A stretch of 62,707 nt of DNA, filler included, from Collodictyon triciliatum (Eukaryota): NCBI GenBank assembly GCA_043381765.1. It is 7 parts of 7 records of this genome, joined end to end, with 100 filler letters (N's around TTAATTAATTAA, not from the genome) between each part and the next. Parts side by side here need not be neighbours in the genome. Positions count along the whole stretch, not along the records: positions 1 to 10,447 come from JBHJMP010002668.1; positions 10,548 to 15,701 come from JBHJMP010002669.1; positions 15,802 to 26,248 come from JBHJMP010002670.1; 4 more parts are not named here. One strand, given 5' to 3'. Below the pieces are notes generated by a model. The model saw nothing but the letters and a program-made list of their open reading frames with translations. It did no database searches and was not told where the DNA came from. Positions 1-22,400 of this stretch are shown here, in pieces; position 1 is the first letter of the stretch, and each line of letters opens with the position of its first letter. The translations under genes and the position numbers were made by a program.

Positions 1-699
1 CTAGTTCTGAATGGAAAAAATCAAAGCGTTTTAATGTATAGTTTGAGTTATTAATAAAAATCAAAGGATAAGAAAAAAAAGGATCGAATAATAAAAAACG
101 TGTCAGAAATGACAATAAAAACAACAACAAAAGAAAGTGATAAGAGTATAAAAAATACCAAGAGAGATATTGAATAGAAGGGAATTAAAGAGGAAAAACA
201 TACAAGAAAAATAGATGGAAATTAGCATATACGTGTATAAATTGTGAAATGAAATGGAGAAGAATAAAAAAATGTTGATATAAGATTACAAAGAGAAGAA
301 ATATACTTCAAAGAGCATACATGGAAGATAATAAAAGACATAAACAAGATAAATAGTGAAAAGACGGTTATAAACTATATAAGCTATTATAAAAAGAAAA
401 TAAAAACAAAAGAAACAATAAAATATGCAAACGTGTGTTTTATGATCGAGAGACAAATAATAATGCAAAAAGAATAGAAAAAACGGAGCAATAAAACACA
501 AAAAAAAAGACAACATAGAGATTTATTTACGAAACATATGTAAGTACCCAAACAAAGACCTTACAGAAGGGTACTGCAGTATATAATGTGACACTGTAGT
601 TCTACCATTCGAAACCAGGTTCATCTCAAACAGGAAAGAAAATATCAATATAGAAATATTAGTTTCACAATTTATTCCACGAATATACTACAATTTTAC

Positions 700-803
700 A
701 TGGGATGAACATAGCCCTGCCGGCCGGTCAAAAATTTGGAGCGAGATGAACGGTTCATCCCAGGTTCATCCCAATTTACTAATGCCGGCCGGCGGGGCCA
801 TGT
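700..803. repeat. GC-rich inverted-repeat element (MITE-like)
   Basis: CATAGCCCTGCCGGCCGG (710-727) vs CCGGCCGGCGGGGCCATG (785-802) form a 16/18 inverted repeat. The motif GTTCATCYC occurs in both orientations (about 619, 702, 743, 753, 764) in otherwise AT-rich DNA. Confidence 0.45.
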
Positions 804-1223
804 ACTGCAAGTATTAGGACCTCTTGTTATTGAAAACAATACAAAATCATTTGCAGCTTTATTTCTTGATCTCTTCTCAACACTTTATGGAATAATAAAA
901 CAGTTTATTGAGAGAAAAATCAATCTACCCCCTGTTTTTTTTATTTATATAAATAAATAATAACAGTCATTACAACAAAAATCATATCAAAATTCGAGAT
1001 AGAAGACTCTAATCCTTCAACAGAGAAATGGTTAAACACCACAATAGAAATAAAACCCCTTTGAATATAATATAAATACATTCTCTTCTATGTCATATTT
1101 TGAATAGTGAATTGATATCTTTTGACTAATGATGATTCATTTTAGCAATTTTTGCGTATTAACATGTTTTATATATAAGAATGACATAATTAATCAAAAA
1201 TAATCATTCAGAAAGATATTCAA

Positions 1224-10447
<9,224 letters not shown>

Positions 10448-10547
10448 NNNNNNNNNNNNNNNNNNNNNNNNNNNNNNNNNNNNNNNNNNNNTTAATTAAT
10501 TAANNNNNNNNNNNNNNNNNNNNNNNNNNNNNNNNNNNNNNNNNNNN
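10448..10547. other. Artificial contig linker N44-TTAATTAATTAA-N44
   Basis: Identical 100-nt linker with stops in all six frames. It also occurs at 15702-15801, 26249-26348, 36813-36912, 47340-47439 and 57879-57978. Confidence 0.97.
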
Positions 10548-11278
10548 GAAATGACTGGTTGATAGGCTCGGTGGTTAGTAAGGGCTGAATATATCGAGAT
10601 GATGTTTTACCACTATCCCATATCTCTTCGCTTGCGGCCAGAGTAGCAAGGAATGCGGATGTGCTTTAGCAGGCCATTCAAGAGGCTTTACTGTGTTAGG
10701 TTCTCCAGTTAGAATGTATTTTTCCTCGTTTTTCACCGTATCTGCAGACCAACATTGCGAAAATTGTAAATATATATTGAAGAATAAAGATATAATTAGT
10801 CTTATGGGCGGTGGGCAACAAGTAACAATTTTCCATTATATAGTGATGTTGACGAAAGTCCTCGGCTATGGTTCTCTACCGAAAACATATCTCTTTTATT
10901 TATGCTTTCAATTTTGCAATATGGTGGAGGTTTTGGCGAACTGAAAATAACATTATTACGGAATTATGGGTCTGTGAATTGCAACAAGTATGTATCACAG
11001 CCTGGTTATGATAAATTCAGCATATCTATCTTAAGGAGACGACCGTGTAATCATAATGCTTTTTTTTACAAAAATTGAGCTAGTGAAATAATAAATAAAA
11101 ACAAGTGGCTGAATAGTATCATATGGTTCAACGGTAGTATGTTTTCTTTTCTTTTGTTTACTGCTGTTTTATTTATGAGAACGAATGGGTTATATTTACC
11201 AATGGAGTCGGCATGAGTGAATAAAAGGTTAAAAAAATACATGAAATCCAAAGCAAGGAAAAGATTATTGCATTATCA

Positions 11279-11986
11279 TCACCAACTTGAGTGATTTCGG
11301 TTTCGAAAAGGGGTTGCAGGGAGTCGAGGGGTCGATGCGGTCGAGGGACAGCCTTGTGTGGTATCCAATTGTGGATTGGCTGATGGGGTATCTGCTAACT
11401 GAAGTGCAGATTGGAACCAAGTCACACGAAAAGATGAACAGAGGGTCTCCCTGAGATGGCGAAAGGTTTTTAAATCTACTGCTAGGTGGAAGCGAAGGGC
11501 AGCAAGGAAGTGGAGCTCCAGCTTAGCCAGTATGTCAACTGGTATACCCGAAAGCCTATGAAACGTTCTATTGTTGTAAGGCGAATCTTCATGAATTTTG
11601 TTTGCGATACACAATGCTGTTGTCAGGATGGGTATGATGTTTTCACTGGTCAGATAGGAATGCGTCATCCTGAGAAAGCGATGAACGTAATGGACTGAGA
11701 TGATAATAACAGTAGGAGATGCAACGTGGTAGAGCTCGGCTCGATGGAGGAGTGACTGCACATCCCTAACCAAAATGGCGGGCTGTTCAAATTGCTTATT
11801 GTAAGGTAAAACAACATCAAATGCCGTTTGTTGCAGTGATTGACGACGGGTGATGGACTGCAAATATGACGAGACTTGATGGATGAAAGGAGAGAAGTTT
11901 GCCATCCTGCATGACAGTTCGATGAAATAGTTATTCTGTATAGTTGTGAACCCATGTACGTGAAATACCTTTGTAGATTGAATCAT
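11279..11986 (-). CDS. PHO80/CycU(P)-type cyclin, intronless
   Basis: Cyclin box PTVIIISVHYVHRF...LTSENIIPILTTALCIANKIHEDSPYNNRTFHRLSGIPVDILAKLELHFLAALRFHL. The true start may be the downstream Met (MANFSPF). Confidence 0.85.
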   Translation of the reverse strand: MIQSTKVFHVHGFTTIQNNYFIELSCRMANFSPFIHQVSSYLQSITRRQSLQQTAFDVVLPYNKQFEQPAILVRDVQSLLHRAELYHVASPTVIIISVHYVHRFLRMTHSYLTSENIIPILTTALCIANKIHEDSPYNNRTFHRLSGIPVDILAKLELHFLAALRFHLAVDLKTFRHLRETLCSSFRVTWFQSALQLADTPSANPQLDTTQGCPSTASTPRLPATPFRNRNHSSW

Positions 11987-12616
11987 AAACTTTGCATTTC
12001 TAGTTAATAGGTATGGGCAAGCATGATAAGGGTGGGATGTGTGTATGTTTCGAAGAATTGTAGTAGCGAAGGATGTTATTATGTCTCGATTGATGTGCGT
12101 TGCGCTGCACGTAGGCCTTTGCGTGTGCCAGTGTGGTTAGTCCAAAGGAAAAATAAAACATGCAAGAAAACAAAAAAAAACCATCGAGTTGCTTTGTCCA
12201 ATCACGTGCGATAACGCGTTCTTGATCTCTGGTCGTGGCATCAATTATATCGCCCCGCGGTAGGTTTTTAGTTTGAGTGTTTTGGCAATGAATTGCAAAG
12301 CTGCCGCATGAGAAATTTAGGTTTATTACCACCCTAGGATTTCCCCATTATTTCCAGGTTGTATGCAGTTTCGGCTTCTTTGAGTCGAGGCTGCTCACAG
12401 AATTCTGCCTTAATTCTGGCTTTGTTTCGTGGCATCACATCATTTCGATGCATCAGGAAGGTTTGTCTCTTGTGTGGGTTTCGTATCCACCAATTAAGGC
12501 AAGTGGCTCCCAGTAATACCGTAATCGGTGGGCAAGTCAGTGCGAGAACGGGAGGCTATTTTCTTCTATCAGTGTTCGTCATGTGTCTTGCTCGAATGAC
12601 GCACACAGACAACAAT

Positions 12617-13215
12617 TATTTTTTTTATTCTTCCTTTCAATTTTGTGCAGGATGGTGAAGATGCTGGCTTTGGTTCGCTAGCCATCATTTGCATGAACGC
12701 TACTTGGTGGCTGGTTGGCGGAGAAGTAGTCGGTAATCAGGAATTGCATCCTGCGGTTTGGTCTGTAGCATGGGTCTTGTGCTTGCATGAGGGATATAAG
12801 GCGAGGTTTAATATCCTTCTCAGCTTCTTTCCACATGTCTCTTCTCATAGTGCTGAGTAGTAGAGAATGTGCAGGTGGCGAAGAAAGCTATTGAGGAAAG
12901 TGATTTATATGATGTCACCCAGTCTGTTATCAGGAATGTGTGGCTGGTTGTTGAATCTTGCTTTGCGTGAGTATATGCGCGCTATCCACATAGTCCATAG
13001 CAAATGGCCTCGCGTCACTGCCCAGAATGTTTTTGCATCTGGACGCAGCTGTTGCAGAGGCCCAAATATCGCCTGGATTGGGCCAACAGCCGCAGCCGTC
13101 TTGAGTGTCAGTCGAAGAATCTCACCGGCTGTTTCGCGCAGGTTTTGAGCGAAGGGACATTGCACAAATGTGTGCTCAATGGATTCATCACAGTTGCTGC
13201 AAAGCGTGCATTGTT
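12617..13215 (-). mobile_element. 5'-truncated L1/Tx1-type LINE remnant (ORF2 C-terminal zf-RVT plus 3' end, family B)
   Basis: Minus strand reads QCTLCSNCDESIEHTFVQCPFAQNL...LLWTMWIAR..RKARFNN (CxxC-x7-H-x4-C zinc knuckle and downstream W..W..R motif). It ends in TCCTGCACAAAATTGAAAGGAAGAATAAAAAAAA (AATAAA plus A tail). Confidence 0.75.
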
Positions 13216-13864
13216 AGGAGACTGACAGCTTTTGTCACACTTGTACTCTACAGATCAGTGATAAAATGCATTAAAAATTCGGCACCACCAAGTCGAGCAA
13301 TCGGATTATTTTACCCCCTTTTTTTCCACTTATTCACGATGCACAAGCGAGAAAGCTCCACGCGTCGCTTCGGCCGCAGGCGTGTGCATGGTGCATTATC
13401 ATTTGTGGAAATTAAAGTAAAATAATGATTGCTGTTCAATTGTCGGATAAAACACTCATGATTTGCGGTTAATAATTCATAACCACACATCAGTACTTGG
13501 TATTACCCTTTAGCGGCGATTTGGTCCACCATTTCATGCAATCTAAAAAAAACTGACGCAGGGCAGCCTCTGTCGGACACTTCAGCCCAGAAGATTCCAG
13601 AGAAGGATTCATTCTTTGAATATTCTTTGGCTTCGTGCAAGAAGCATATATCTTCGTCGAATTACAATAGATTTTCTCCCTTTCCTTTTTCATTGAAATC
13701 AAGAAACGTCACCTGTCTCTGCTGCTGTGCAGTTGATGTGCCTGTGGAAAAGCAAAGCCAACAGACAACGAAACGCCGATTCTCGCACTGGCACACAACC
13801 CTACTTGCTCCATCCTCAAAACTCACAAGAACGGCCTGCCCTTCACCGTCCTGCCTTCGCTTCA

Positions 13865-14541
13865 ATGTCCAACAAGGCTGCAGATTTGGAAGAGCTGCAT
13901 AAAATCACCCAGGATGCAAACGTCGCTGCCTTACTTAATCGCTCAGAACTGGAGCTCCAGTCGGTAAACCTGACCTCTGTGCCATGCGGTGTCTTTTGGT
14001 TGGGCAGTGTCGTCCGATTGGATCTTTCATGCAATTTCTTGTCAACTCTGCCACCACAGATATCCTGTTTGACAAGCCTGGTTGTGCTTGATGTCAGTGT
14101 CAACTTTTTGTCATCTTTACCAAAAGAAATAGCAGACTTGTCGAGTCTCGAATGGCTCAGCGCCAATAAGAACGAACTGTTGGCCCTGCCATCAGAGATA
14201 TCACGTATGACGGGTCTTGTTGGTCTCGGTCTTCATGGCAATTCAGTGAGTTTTTTTCTTCTTCTATTCCATTTATTTTCATAAAGTTTGGCATATGAAA
14301 ATATCATGCAATTATGCATGCTTAGATGGTGGAGCTTCCGCTGCAAATCACAGCCCTTGTAAATCTAAAGGAGCTCTGGATTAATGGAGGAGGTACTCAG
14401 ACAATCAGACAAGCGCCGTATGGCATAACAAATCTTCCGTGTTGGCAAAATAACTCGTATTATGACAATCAATTTGTACGTGCTTTGGAGCTCTTCGATC
14501 ACGGAAGCAGCGCGGCTTTGCATGAATCCCACTGCAACTAG
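13865..14541 (+). CDS. Small leucine-rich repeat protein (one intron, 14246-14325)
   Basis: LxxLDLSxNxLxxLP repeats (LVVLDVSVNFLSSLPKEI, LEWLSANKNELLALPSEI). A GTGAG...CTTAG intron joins in frame to MVELPLQITALVNLKELWI. The start codon is uncertain. Confidence 0.8.
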
Positions 14542-15140
14542 TGAGTCTGGCCCGAGTCGGCGGCTATGTGACTGCTAAAAGACTTAATAGATAAACAATC
14601 ATACATTCTATGATTGTTTTCAATGTCTGATCTAAAATATCACTTTTTTGGTACAGGTTAGAGCATCAACGTAGATATTTTTTTGGCAACTTCATTAAAC
14701 AGGCATAAATTGATCCGGCTTGTTCGCCTACTTATTGAACTTTCTGAGTTCCTCTACGATCGTACGGTTCTATTAATTGAAGAAGCTGTGATAAAAAGTA
14801 AAGTGTAGCCATTTATTGTTGGTCCCAATTTCGTATTTAACACTACCGCCCCAGTTAAAATTGACAATACCTCATCGAAAAATCAACCATGGACCACTTT
14901 TTAGTCTTGATAAGCACGAAGATGAAGAGCATACCGTGCAATATGACATTTTGAAAGTTTATGTTATATTTTCTTTATTATTGTTTGGGTGGTTCAAGTA
15001 GGAAGAAATAAAGGAATAAGTTGCATTTAGGTCATCATTTCCTACTTAAATAAAGTAAACCAAAAACTGAAATGTCATGACGACACTGTGAGTCAGAAAT
15101 GGAAACAATAAAGGCAAACACAGAGCTTTCGCAAGTTACG

Positions 15141-15701
15141 AGCAACAACGAACGACAAGTAAAAGCCCCGCAAAAAAATGCACCCACCAAGCAGATAAGC
15201 AGCAACGGGGTCAAGGAAGCCAAGGCCAGGCAACAACAGAGCCCGCAAGACTCGTAACAGATACGCGCATACAGCGACAGCGACGATGACATGGAAGGAA
15301 ATCTCGGTTTCTCTTCAGAATCCTCGCACTCGAGTCCCCCACCGCATACATCGGACAAGCTCGCACATCGCAAGACCCAAGAGCAGCGCATCACCAAACC
15401 CCGAAAGAACCCCCCTTTAAACTACCCATTCAGACTGACGTGAATATGGTTAACATAGGAGGCCTCAAGGCAGCAATCGTTACTTATCCGAAAGGATACT
15501 CCAAAGCGAAGGCAACACAAGAACTAGCGCCCATCAAAGATAGTCCGTTAAACCTGCTACAACCTGTCGCACCGAGAACCAAGGAGCAAGAGCAAATGCC
15601 ACAAGTCGAATCCAAGCTTGGAACTTCACACACCAAAGACAGTCCGAGCAAGCAGGAGCGTATGTTTCTAAAACCACAAACGCGTATCCATACTCCGTAT
15701 A
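15141..15701 (+). mobile_element. Partial copy of the ORF1-like interspersed repeat (second copy at about 24888-25449)
   Basis: Alignable over about 560 nt to 24888-25449 (e.g. shared ACAGCGACAGCGACGATGACATGGAAGGAAATCTCGGTT and GAGCAAGCAGGAGCGTATGTTTCTAAAACCACAAACGCGTATCCATACTCCG). Cut by the contig end. Confidence 0.8.
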
Positions 15702-16689
15702 NNNNNNNNNNNNNNNNNNNNNNNNNNNNNNNNNNNNNNNNNNNNTTAATTAATTAANNNNNNNNNNNNNNNNNNNNNNNNNNNNNNNNNNNNNNNNNNN
15801 NCCTCGTCCCTTCAATTATTTGGATATTGTGCTTGCTCCATCACTATCATCTGCAGACTGTGCTTCTGATGATGAGTCGACTGTGACTGAAACTACCACA
15901 TCCACAGCAACAAATGTGAATTCATAACAAAAAAAATTCTCCGATTTTCAGTGTTTTTCTTCTTAAAACATGGACGCCTCTTTCTCAATAAATCCCCTTC
16001 CATATACAAAATACATAACAAATAAAAACAAAGCCTTCGATTCTTGACAGAAAGGCAAAATGTTATAGAATGACGAAATTTAAAGTCTAAGCGCACAAAG
16101 TAAGATTGTCATTCCAAAAAATAAGATTCGTGTTATTTAGGGCAATTTATAAAGTGATTTTAACACAAATATTCTCGTGATTTAGCACTTTTTATAAAAA
16201 AATAGTATTTTAGACTAAAAGCAAAATAAAGCTTTGAAACTGTGGAATTATCAAGAATGAATTTTTCTATCTCAGACGCCTCACAAAAATTATTATAAAA
16301 TTCTACTTATCAAAGGCTTATGTTAAAAATTGCAAACGCATCGGAATCTACTGAAGAACTCTCTTGCATTCCCGAGGCTGCTGAAATCGAAACGATTAAA
16401 AATCACAAGTATAATTGAAAGCTTCGTACAGTTTTAGAGTTCTTGGAGTATTCAAACAGATTGTTGGAAATCTCATATTCCTTCGAGATAAGTATGATTT
16501 CTTATTTAATATGTAGTTTTATAACCAAATCCACTGTCCATAATCTTCATATAAATAATTATGTATAGAAGTTTATGTTGCAATTTGAATTATTCCTTGC
16601 AGATTCAATATGAACTAATATTCATCACTAGTACTGTTTATTTATTAATTTGCTTGTTGGACTATAGTTTAAAAATTATAATTTTAATT

Positions 16690-16820
16690 ATGGATGAAGA
16701 TTTTGTTTTTTTTCCCTTTATTCGATTCAAAGTGTAGCGAGGTTATGCCATACAAGGGGGCGGGATGGGAGCTCATGGGAGAGAGCAAACGCGAGTAGGG
16801 GAATGGATGAAGATTTTGTT
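16690..16820 (-). mobile_element. Family A retro-insertion, longest copy (95 nt) with perfect 18-bp TSD
   Basis: ATGGATGAAGATTTTGTT at 16690-16707 and 16803-16820. The insert on the minus strand is C-rich and ends GGCATAACCTCGCTACACTTTGAATCGAATAAAGGG-A(n). Confidence 0.85.
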
Positions 16821-16997
16821 GAATTTGACTAATAATGCGACATAGTAATTGAAAAAAAGTAATGACTGATAGAAAAAATTTTGGTTTTTTAATTCTACAC
16901 GTTTAAATTGCATCCATCTTATTCCCATTCCTCCTTTTGAAAAATATTAAAAACATTACTTTCAATTACGCCTGACTCTCCGCAATTATCAATTAAC

Positions 16998-17660
16998 ATG
17001 CTTTATTCCAAGCTGTTTCGATATGAAATCATCAGACCGAATCCCTACAAACCGGAGAAGATGAGTCGTTGGGCCGAAGCTATAGGCATTATAGACCAGT
17101 CGATAGTCAAAAGCTGGAAACAACCCGTATACCTCAGCTACTCCCGAAACACCGCGCCCTACTTCTCAATATCTCCAACAGAGAGCTGTGGATAGGTGCA
17201 CCTGTAGTCCATGCAGCAATCTCTTCCCAATGCACCATGTGCCATAGTGGACATAACTCTATCGAACAAATTTATTAAGTGCTCTCTTGCTCAAAAAGTG
17301 ATAGAATTCATTCACAAGATGCTCTCCGAGCTTGATTATGCTCCCAACCAACCCAGCGTGTCCGGCATCCTGTTTGGCTCACAATACAAATGACCCATGA
17401 CTCTAGAATACTCTGGGCAGTCACAAGGGGACATAAGCCGCGATGTGAATATTTCATGTATTCTCGTGGTCATATTAAATTTCCTCGGAATTTGGTGCAA
17501 CACAATGACTGCTCGTTTGAAATAAATGTCACAGATATTGAGCAGAAACACTCAATTTATTGAAGACAACGACATAAGCAAATTCTGTCAAAAAATTTCC
17601 TTTGATTGTTTCAAAAATGTAATAAAAACAACGCTTAAATGGGATGAAATATTGTAATTT
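16998..17660 (+). mobile_element. Degenerate LINE ORF2 3' fragment (zf-RVT-like), frameshifted
   Basis: Joining frames gives LLPKHRALLLNISNRELWIG...QCTMCHSGHNSIEQ/FIKCSLAQKV...GIWCN. This resembles the L1/Tx1 ORF2 C-terminus and the 12617-13215 remnant; multiple stops and frameshifts. Confidence 0.6.
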
Positions 17661-19421
17661 CTAAATTTATTTCAGCTCATCTTTCTTAATTTCCATAATA
17701 CAAATTGCAATACAAGAACTCAATTTTGCCTTTCTTAAATTTATTTTAATAATTGGACATATTAATCGAAAGAGCTTTAAATTTTTTGATATAATGGATT
17801 TGAAACATAAAGATTATTAAATATAATAGGAGACCAGGCTTTCATTTTAATTAAAACGAAAGCCTTTCTTGTTCATATTTTTATTCATTGACATATTATT
17901 GCTTGACTTATTTTTTGTAAAAATTTTTTTTGTTATTTATCAGGCAGTTTTAAAAATAAATCAAGAATAACTTAGTGAAAAACAAACTACCTCGATATAT
18001 AGACTTAAATAATAAAGCTAACACTATATTAATGTACTTTTGTTGACAATAAAATCTAAATAATCGTATAAGGATGCATTCAAGTTGATTAATATACAGC
18101 ATGTTGTTATTATCAAGTGATCAAGAATAACATAGCCAAGTTTCGAACAAATAGGCTTCACTATTATAATTTTGGATATGAAACATGGTAATAAAGCTTT
18201 ATTACTTTTCATAGGGAGCTGGCTCTAAACTTTTTGGATGGATAATGATGTGTGAACCTTGTCTTACCTTGAACTTAAGACAGAAGAGAAAAGGTGAGAC
18301 ACTGACAAAAATTCGTAACCATTCTAGAGACGCAAGGAATGATATCTATTATTTTCGTCCTTGTCGCCAGAAGTATGTGGATAATTTTTGCATTCAATCA
18401 AAGTTGAAAATTTCCGTGTATTTATCTACGCTTCAATCTTTAAACCATACTGTTAGTGTTGCATAAGAATCAACTTAAATATACGTTAAACCGGCCAAGA
18501 ACTCACGTAACGTGCAAAGAACCAAAGAAAAGTGCAAAGACGTTACAATTTTTTGCACTGGAGTGATTTGTTAGTATGTGGCCAAATGAACCTTACGCTG
18601 ACATTTTTTGCCGCGGATTTTTATGGGATTCAGTCAAAATAGATTTAAACGCCAAAAATTATCGAATATATTATCCACACCCGCCAAATTGACCCATGGA
18701 CATCCACCGAAAGTAACGGACTCGTTTAGCCCATCAGCTAGATAGTGTATTCGTAGCGCTCTGTTGAAGAGACAGTCGCTAAAATTGCATTTCCATTAGC
18801 GAAGTTAATAGCATCGACGATATTCTGTATGAATTCTCAAAAAAACTGGCATAACAGCCGAAAAATAATATTCAATATATAGTTTTTCTCTTGGTATAAA
18901 CACGATTTTCTTTTGTATAAAAGAACTTTTATTTATTTAAGCGTGAGTTTATCATAGAAGTGACGGTCTATAAATACGACGATGTATCAAGGAGTCCAAT
19001 TATCGTATAATCTTACTCAATTTTCTTACAAAAAGGCATTTTTTCAACATCACGGAAGAAAATTGATAAAATTAAAAATCGAAGCAAATCAAGAGAAATT
19101 GACACATTACAACATCATGAATAAAAATATATTAAAATAAATTCAATATTTGCGTTAATTGACCATCGTTCTTTTTATTCGAATAATATTGATATCATTA
19201 TTGTTAATCATTAAAACTCAAAAATCATCATTTTTCATAAAATATTAATAGAAAATAGCATAGAAATGAATTCCTCAGTTATGTTTCTAATTATTATGTA
19301 AATACCGATTTTTGGATAAAAATTTTTCTATTTTTCATTATGGTGAATGAGCTATAATATTGAATGTACTGAATATTCGCTCAATATTTTAATCCAGTGA
19401 AATATCCAGATATTTTGGAAA

Positions 19422-22400
19422 ATGACCACTCGCACACAAGACAACAAGCCGCGTATTTCACTGGCTTCTGATGAATCCTCTGGTCCAAAAGACCCAAACA
19501 ATAACGCCTGGGCTGATGTGATTTTTGCTTAAATAAACTTTATTTTTGTTTTAATGATTATTTTTTTATTCTTCCTTTCAACTTTTGTGCAGGACCGAGG
19601 GATTTTTGTTTTAATGATAGAAATATAAAGCTTAATCATTATTCAAGTCCTATTAATTCTAAAACAAAGGTTATTTAGAGTTTTATGTGATATTTAAATA
19701 ATTAATGTATGCCTTTTAAAAACCAGGCAGAAATGAAGAAGAGCATCCAACGCACTATATCCCTGCGTAATTCGATTCTATTGTTGTCCTTCGTCTCAGT
19801 CGTCTCAGTCGCCCTGGTGAGCGTTGTGCCCTCCTATACTTTCGGCTTCTCGGTTAGTACATTTATCATATAAAATCTTGGCAACAGATTCACTTTGTTA
19901 GTAATGAAAAATCATTCATAAATTATTCAATACGGGCACTGAATCTGTAAACGGATAATTCCAGTCTGTGAATGATATTTCCGACCAGCTTCAGACCCAG
20001 GTTTTCACATCAATTTTATTCATATCACTTGTTATTTAATATATTTATTTGATGGAAATATTGTACAAAATTCTATGCCAAATGTTGCCCTGAAAGAAGT
20101 AAATCTATTTTAGACCGTGGAGCGAATAAGACAAGAAATTCAAGCATCTCTTGACATTCCACATGAAGCCCTTCGAGTCTTGGAACTTACCTACTACCAA
20201 ATGAAACTTGAAGACAACGGAATTCAATGCAACAATTACGCCGCCCGCTTCGCAAATATGGGCATTGTCGAAGTTCGTATTAATCTCCGTTTTCCTAAAT
20301 AAAAGAAAGTCTCCGAAAGACATAAACCGAACAAAAAACATAAAAGTAATTTTCATCTCAATAAATGCTAATATCAAAAACAGAAAAGCAACATTCTGTC
20401 CCAAGCCTATATCGGATACCAAGATGGTGGTATTAGCGGTATAATCAATTCAAATCCTCATTTACATAGATTTTGTGTGCCTAAACTAAGACTATTGAAA
20501 TTTATGACTTTGTTTGCAGTTTTGGAATGCGAAAAAATATTAAGTCCTTTAGATAAACCAAGATTTTACTCATACATTAGCCATCGTGAAAGATTCTGGC
20601 TCAAGCTCAATAATTTGCAGTTCACATGAAAATGGATATTCATTGCAATTCTCTCCGCCTATGTCATGGTCGACCATTAATAAGCCGCACGACGAGATCC
20701 CAGTTGTTGAATCTGTACAAGGTTACAACGCATCGACACGCGTTTGGTATGCCATACTTCAATCAGAGTAAACTTATACTGATGAACCACGCACATGTAT
20801 TTTGGTGTTCGAAAAACAAGAGAAAAACCTTACACATTAAAATCAATCCTATTCTTAAACAATCTCAATCCTCTTTTTTTCACAAATGTTTTTCACAATA
20901 AAAAAAGGTACACAGCAGCTGTGAAAAAAAAAGGCCCGACATGGAGTCCAGTCTATTCCTCAATCACCGCAGGTGGCTCAATCCTGGCCATGACTGCTGT
21001 GCGCCCGATTTTTAATGATGTGGAAAGCAGTGAGTAATTTTTCTTTGATTATTCATTTCTCGTCCTATTCCAAAGGCTAATATCGACCTCTGATAGTAGC
21101 GTATTAACTGGGACATACAACTCAATACGAACCACAGGCAATATTATTGGAGTCGCCGGAATTGAAATGAATCTCAATCTTATCCAAGAAAAGCTGAAAA
21201 GTATCAAGACTAGCAAGCACGGTTACGCATATATCCTCCAGAAGGTGTGTTTTCTTTTCAACCATTTTTTAATGCCTTTTATAAAATAAAGCCATACATC
21301 TCATCGGACTGAATAATATTTAGGACGGAAATCTCATCGCTAATACCTTGAATGTTCCAATTGCCGATGCTAATGGTATGGTCAACTACAAGAACTCCAA
21401 TAACAAGCTCATGGCCAAATCAGCAAACGTAACACAAATCTTAATCCAATTTTCATAATTTTATATTTGATTATTATTTTTTTACTTAATTTTCTTTGAA
21501 TCGAATATAGGCAAAAAATTTAACTTAATTTTCACTACTAATATATCTTTACAACAGAAATTGAAAAAGAACTCGTTTGGTGAGTTGGAAGCCATCAGCG
21601 GCATCCGATCATTCTCCACTTATAACGGAGGCGAAGAGTACCTTACATTCGCCTCTACATTGGTCGATCCTCGTGATGGTATTGAATGGGTAAGCTTGAT
21701 AACTTTGTGCGTATAAAAGCGCCATTCTGTGAATCATAGTATTAACAACTGATATTTTATTATCAATCAGAAACATAAAGAACCAAAAAAAAAAGGCAAA
21801 ACAATTCTGTTTTGCCTTAATTTTTTCATAAGGTAAACTAAATTTTTCAACCTAGACGGTTATTGTCCTGATTCCCCGTAGCGACATCTTTTCGAAAGTT
21901 GACAGTATGATAGTGCTTTCCTCATCACTTACAGCAGCGCTGTTTGTTGTCACCCTGATTGTCACAATGGTTGTGTCTACATACATCAGCAGGTATATAT
22001 TGAATAAAAATGAAATACTGGGTAATCTTGTCCATTGAAATCATGGGTAAATGTTGAATATAGAGATAATTCGATTGCCTTTTAATAATATTAGGCCTTT
22101 GAATGTCGTTGCAGATGCCATGCAAAATATCTCCAGGCTTAACTTCGACAAGAGAGCATCGGTAAACACCGATTATATATATTTGAAATCTTTCATCAAT
22201 TTTAAAAATCACTGAATATCAAGTCATCAGAACTTACTCAATAAGCTGACCAAATCATGCAGGGAGATTCTAGCTCTACCTTGCGTGAAATTCGTATGAT
22301 TCAGTCCTCATTCCAGGTAATTCATATTTTTTTTTAGAATTTAATCAGTTGGAAAAGGACTGTCCCAAGCCAATCTGACAACTAATTTTTTAAAATCAGG

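Noticed and set aside
1-530. Strongly A-skewed region with a 76-aa Phe-rich minus-strand ORF
   Set aside because: Low-complexity composition; no domain evidence.
18024-18212. CILINLNASLYDYL, faintly like kinase subdomain V
   Set aside because: No other kinase motifs are recoverable nearby; too weak to call a pseudogene.
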